This document shows, one piece after another, positions 61,383-64,000 of a stretch of DNA of 64,000 bases. This stretch comes from Candidatus Dormiibacterota bacterium (lineage in GTDB: Bacteria > Chloroflexota > Dormibacteria > Aeolococcales > Bog-877): positions 6,167-70,166 of the forward strand of contig DATLQZ010000074.1 in NCBI GenBank assembly GCA_035534915.1, read 5' to 3'. Each line of letters begins with the position of its first letter. Positions within the stretch are counted from its first letter, which is position 1. The notes beneath the pieces were generated by a model. It made no database searches. It was given only the letters and a program-made list of their open reading frames with translations, and was not told where the DNA came from. A program made the translations under genes and the position numbers.

Positions 61383-62927
61383 ATGAGATACGGGTTCGCG
61401 ATAGATCAGGGGACGTGCATAGGGTGCCACGCGTGCACGGTCGCCTGCAAGACCGAGCATAAGATCCCGGTCGGGCAGTTCCGGACGTGGGTGAAATATG
61501 TGGAGAAGGGTGCTTTCCCCTCCACGCGCCGGGAGTTCGCGGTGATGCGCTGCAATCACTGCACCGACGCCCCCTGCGTGAGGATCTGTCCCACCCAGGC
61601 GCTCTTCAAGCGTCCCGACGGGATCGTCGACTTCGACAGTGACCGCTGCATCGGCTGCAAGAGCTGCCTGCAGGCCTGCCCGTACGACGCCATCTACATA
61701 GACGCGGACACCCACACTGCGGCCAAGTGCAACTTCTGCGCTCACAGGGTCGATCAGGGGATGGAGCCAGCGTGCGTGGTGGTGTGCCCCACCCATTCGA
61801 TATGGGTTGGTGACCTGGATGACCCCAAGAGCGGGATCAGCCGCCTGATCGCGGAGAAGCCGACGGCGGTGCGGTCGCCGGAGCAGAACACACATCCCAA
61901 CGTCTTCTACCTGGGCGCTGACCGAGTAGCCCTGGACCCGCTGGAGGCTCCGGTGGCCGACACCTACATCTTCTCGAAGCCCGACGAACAGCGGCTGCAG
62001 TACGCGCAGGGACAGCCGGAGCGCCCGGCGGAGGCGGCACGGACGACGCTCAACACCTCGCACCCGAGACCGTGGGGGTGGAGGGTGTCCGGCTATCTGT
62101 GGACCAAGTCGGTGGCGACCGGGGCGTTGTTGGTGGCCGCTCTGTCTCTCATCGCCAATGGCCGCTTGGGGGCAGAGGTCCTGCTGGCGGCGCCCGCCAT
62201 CGCTCTACTCATGTCCATCGTGACCGGGGTGCTCCTGATCTGGGACCTGAAGCGCCCGGAGCGGTTCTTATACATCTTCCTAAAGGCGAACCCGACCTCT
62301 TGGTTGGTGTGGGGGACGGTTGCCTTCAGCCTGTACTCCGCCGTCAGCGGGCTTTGGCTCCTTTTGGGGTTGCTCGGAACCGCTGCGGTCATTGGGCATT
62401 CGGCCCTTCAGCTCAGCTTTGAGATCCTGCGCTGGGCGGTCTTGCCGGTGGCGGCGGTGACCGCAGGTTACTCGGCTTTGCTATTCAATCAGGCGGAGGG
62501 GCGGGACCTGTGGCAGTCCCCCATCTTCTTCTGGCACCTCCTCGACCAGGCGCTGCTGGCTGGATCCGGTGCGCTGCTGCTGGTGGGACTCCTCACCTCT
62601 CCGGTCGCCGCTGAGACCAGATTCCTGCTGGTGATCTTGGTGTGTGCCGCGGTCGGTCACCTGCTCCTGCTGACCCTGGAGCACGTCGGCCACCACCCGA
62701 GCCGTCAGGCCGCCATGGCGGCCAAGCTCATGATCCTAGGGCCCTACGCCAAGGAGTTCTGGTTGGGCGCAGTCGCTGTTCCGGTACTGGTCATCGCTCT
62801 CGCCAGTGGCTCCCTCCCGGGAGCCGTGCTGGCGGTCGGAGCGGTGGCTGGAGCGATCGTGCAACCGGGGCTGCTGGCGTATGAAACCGCCTTTGTGCGA
62901 GCTGGTCAGGATGTCCCGCTCTCCTAG
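61383..62927 (+). CDS. four-cluster 4Fe-4S ferredoxin subunit (PsrB/DmsB-like) fused to a polytopic NrfD/PsrC-like membrane domain
   Basis: 514 aa. The N-terminal ~200 aa carry four Cys groups (CIGCHACTVAC, CNHCTDAPCVRICP, CIGCKSCLQACP, CNFCAHRV...CVVVCP). The C-terminal ~300 aa contain about 8 hydrophobic helices. Confidence 0.85.
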   Translation: MRYGFAIDQGTCIGCHACTVACKTEHKIPVGQFRTWVKYVEKGAFPSTRREFAVMRCNHCTDAPCVRICPTQALFKRPDGIVDFDSDRCIGCKSCLQACPYDAIYIDADTHTAAKCNFCAHRVDQGMEPACVVVCPTHSIWVGDLDDPKSGISRLIAEKPTAVRSPEQNTHPNVFYLGADRVALDPLEAPVADTYIFSKPDEQRLQYAQGQPERPAEAARTTLNTSHPRPWGWRVSGYLWTKSVATGALLVAALSLIANGRLGAEVLLAAPAIALLMSIVTGVLLIWDLKRPERFLYIFLKANPTSWLVWGTVAFSLYSAVSGLWLLLGLLGTAAVIGHSALQLSFEILRWAVLPVAAVTAGYSALLFNQAEGRDLWQSPIFFWHLLDQALLAGSGALLLVGLLTSPVAAETRFLLVILVCAAVGHLLLLTLEHVGHHPSRQAAMAAKLMILGPYAKEFWLGAVAVPVLVIALASGSLPGAVLAVGAVAGAIVQPGLLAYETAFVRAGQDVPLS

Positions 62928-64000
62928 GGAGGAAGGCGCCAGCGCGCCCGGGCCAGACGCCCAGCGTTGGGGTTCGGTGGAACTGCCCGGGCAGCGCAGC
63001 CACGAGCACTTGAGCAACTACCCACCGGTCGAGAGCTGGGACGACCACATGGAGTTGGACGCACAGGCCCACCCCCGCCGCGTCGAGCACCACTACACCC
63101 TGGTCCCCACCACTTGCTTCAACTGTGAGAGCGGGTGTGGGTTGCTGGCGTACGTGGACCAGGAGGATCTCTCCATCCGCAAGCTGGAGGGCAACCCTGC
63201 CCACCCAGGCTCTAGGGGCCGAAATTGCGCCAAAGGGCCGGCCACCGTGAATCAATTGGATGACCCTGAACGGATCCTTCACCCGCAGCGCCGGGTGGGA
63301 CCAAGGGGCGGTGGCCAGTGGGAGGATGTCAGTTGGGACCAGGCGCTGGACGACATCGCCCAGCGCATCCGCACCGCGATCCAGGAAGATCGACGGCGAG
63401 AGGTCATGTACCACGTTGGCCGACCCGGCGAGGACGGGTTCGCTGAGCGGTTCCTGATGGCGTGGGGGGTGGACGGCCACAACAGCCACACCAACATCTG
63501 CTCGGCGGGGGCCAGATTTGGGATGACTTTGTGGGCAGGGTACGATCGGCCCTCTCCTGACTACGCCAACGCCAAGGTGATCCTCCTGCTGTCAAGTCAC
63601 CTGGAGACCGGCCACTACTTCAATCCCCACGCCCAGAGGATCATGGAGGCAAGGCAGAACGGCGCGCGCCTGGCGGTCGTCGACCCGAGGTTGTCCAACA
63701 CGGCGGCCAAGGCGGACCTGTGGGTCTCTCCGTGGCCCGGAAGCGAGGCGGCGATTCTGCTTGCGATCGCTTCCTATCTCCTGCGCACTGGCAGGGTGGA
63801 TCGGGAGTTCGTCAGGCGATGGGTGAACTGGCAGACCTACCTGCAGGAGCTGCATCCGGCGGCACCGGCGACCTTCGAGAGCTTCCTTGAGCAGTTGGAG
63901 TCGGACTACTCCCAGTACACCTTTGAGTTCGCAGCCGAAGAGGCGCAGATCCCTGTGGAGGAGGTCGAGAGGCTGGCGGAGCTGGTGGCCAACTCGGACC
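62911..64000 (+). CDS. molybdopterin (bis-MGD) oxidoreductase catalytic subunit, Psr/Phs/Soe-like, 3' end outside window
   Basis: Frame 1 is open from ATG 62911 to the window end; the ORF is not in the track because no stop is present. It has the FS0 motif TTCFNCESGCG...NCAKG, then MYHVGRPGEDG, HNSHTNICSAGARFG and ARLAVVDPRLSNTAAKADLWVSPWPGSE. No twin-arginine signal is seen in the first 60 aa. Confidence 0.87.
   Translation, partial: MSRSPREEGASAPGPDAQRWGSVELPGQRSHEHLSNYPPVESWDDHMELDAQAHPRRVEHHYTLVPTTCFNCESGCGLLAYVDQEDLSIRKLEGNPAHPGSRGRNCAKGPATVNQLDDPERILHPQRRVGPRGGGQWEDVSWDQALDDIAQRIRTAIQEDRRREVMYHVGRPGEDGFAERFLMAWGVDGHNSHTNICSAGARFGMTLWAGYDRPSPDYANAKVILLLSSHLETGHYFNPHAQRIMEARQNGARLAVVDPRLSNTAAKADLWVSPWPGSEAAILLAIASYLLRTGRVDREFVRRWVNWQTYLQELHPAAPATFESFLEQLESDYSQYTFEFAAEEAQIPVEEVERLAELVANSD

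Noticed and set aside
1-64000. CRISPR arrays, rRNA genes, IS elements and large direct or inverted repeats
   Set aside because: I saw no periodic short repeats with spacers, no rRNA-like sequence and no transposase motifs. The only paralogous pairs (two adenylases, two amidohydrolases) are similar at protein level, not as DNA repeats.

Overview
GC-rich bacterial chromosomal window. Bases 1-39,540 are an almost unbroken plus-strand run of housekeeping genes. Their order resembles actinobacterial-type synteny: relA-hisS-aspS; alaS-ruvX-mltG; efp-nusB; xseAB; nadK-recN; scpAB-rluB-cmk; nadE; rsmI-tatD-rsmA; thrS; infC-rpmI-rplT-pheST. This part also holds one tRNA-Val(GAC) and a few inserted genes: an RsbW-like kinase with a group-3 sigma factor, an FtsA-like ATPase with a Ser/Thr-rich membrane protein, a tandem HD-GYP protein, and a DinG-exonuclease fusion. 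After a ~630-bp non-coding gap, bases 40,163-64,000 are an accessory metabolic region. It encodes a Liv-type ABC transporter translationally coupled to a ThDP enzyme, an LLM oxidoreductase, and two DhbE/EntE-like aryl-acid adenylating enzymes, each next to an ACMSD-family amidohydrolase. It also encodes a TrmB regulator, a minus-strand operon (XDH/CoxL-like Mo subunit, OsmC-like, SDR), an MBL/rhodanese fusion, a GntR regulator, and a Psr/Soe-like molybdopterin oxidoreductase with a fused FeS-membrane subunit. The most notable observation is that the OsmC-like gene has a single in-frame TGA exactly at the first catalytic Cys position, followed by a SECIS-like hairpin, so it is either a candidate selenoprotein or a recent pseudogene. 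infC can only start at a non-canonical ATA. A 0.9-kb stretch (57,979-58,881) has coding-like patches in three frames but no clean ORF. No CRISPR array, transposase, integrase or rRNA was seen. Many long ORFs in the supplied track are antisense or out-of-frame shadows typical of GC-rich DNA. All homology statements come from motif recognition by eye, not from database searches.
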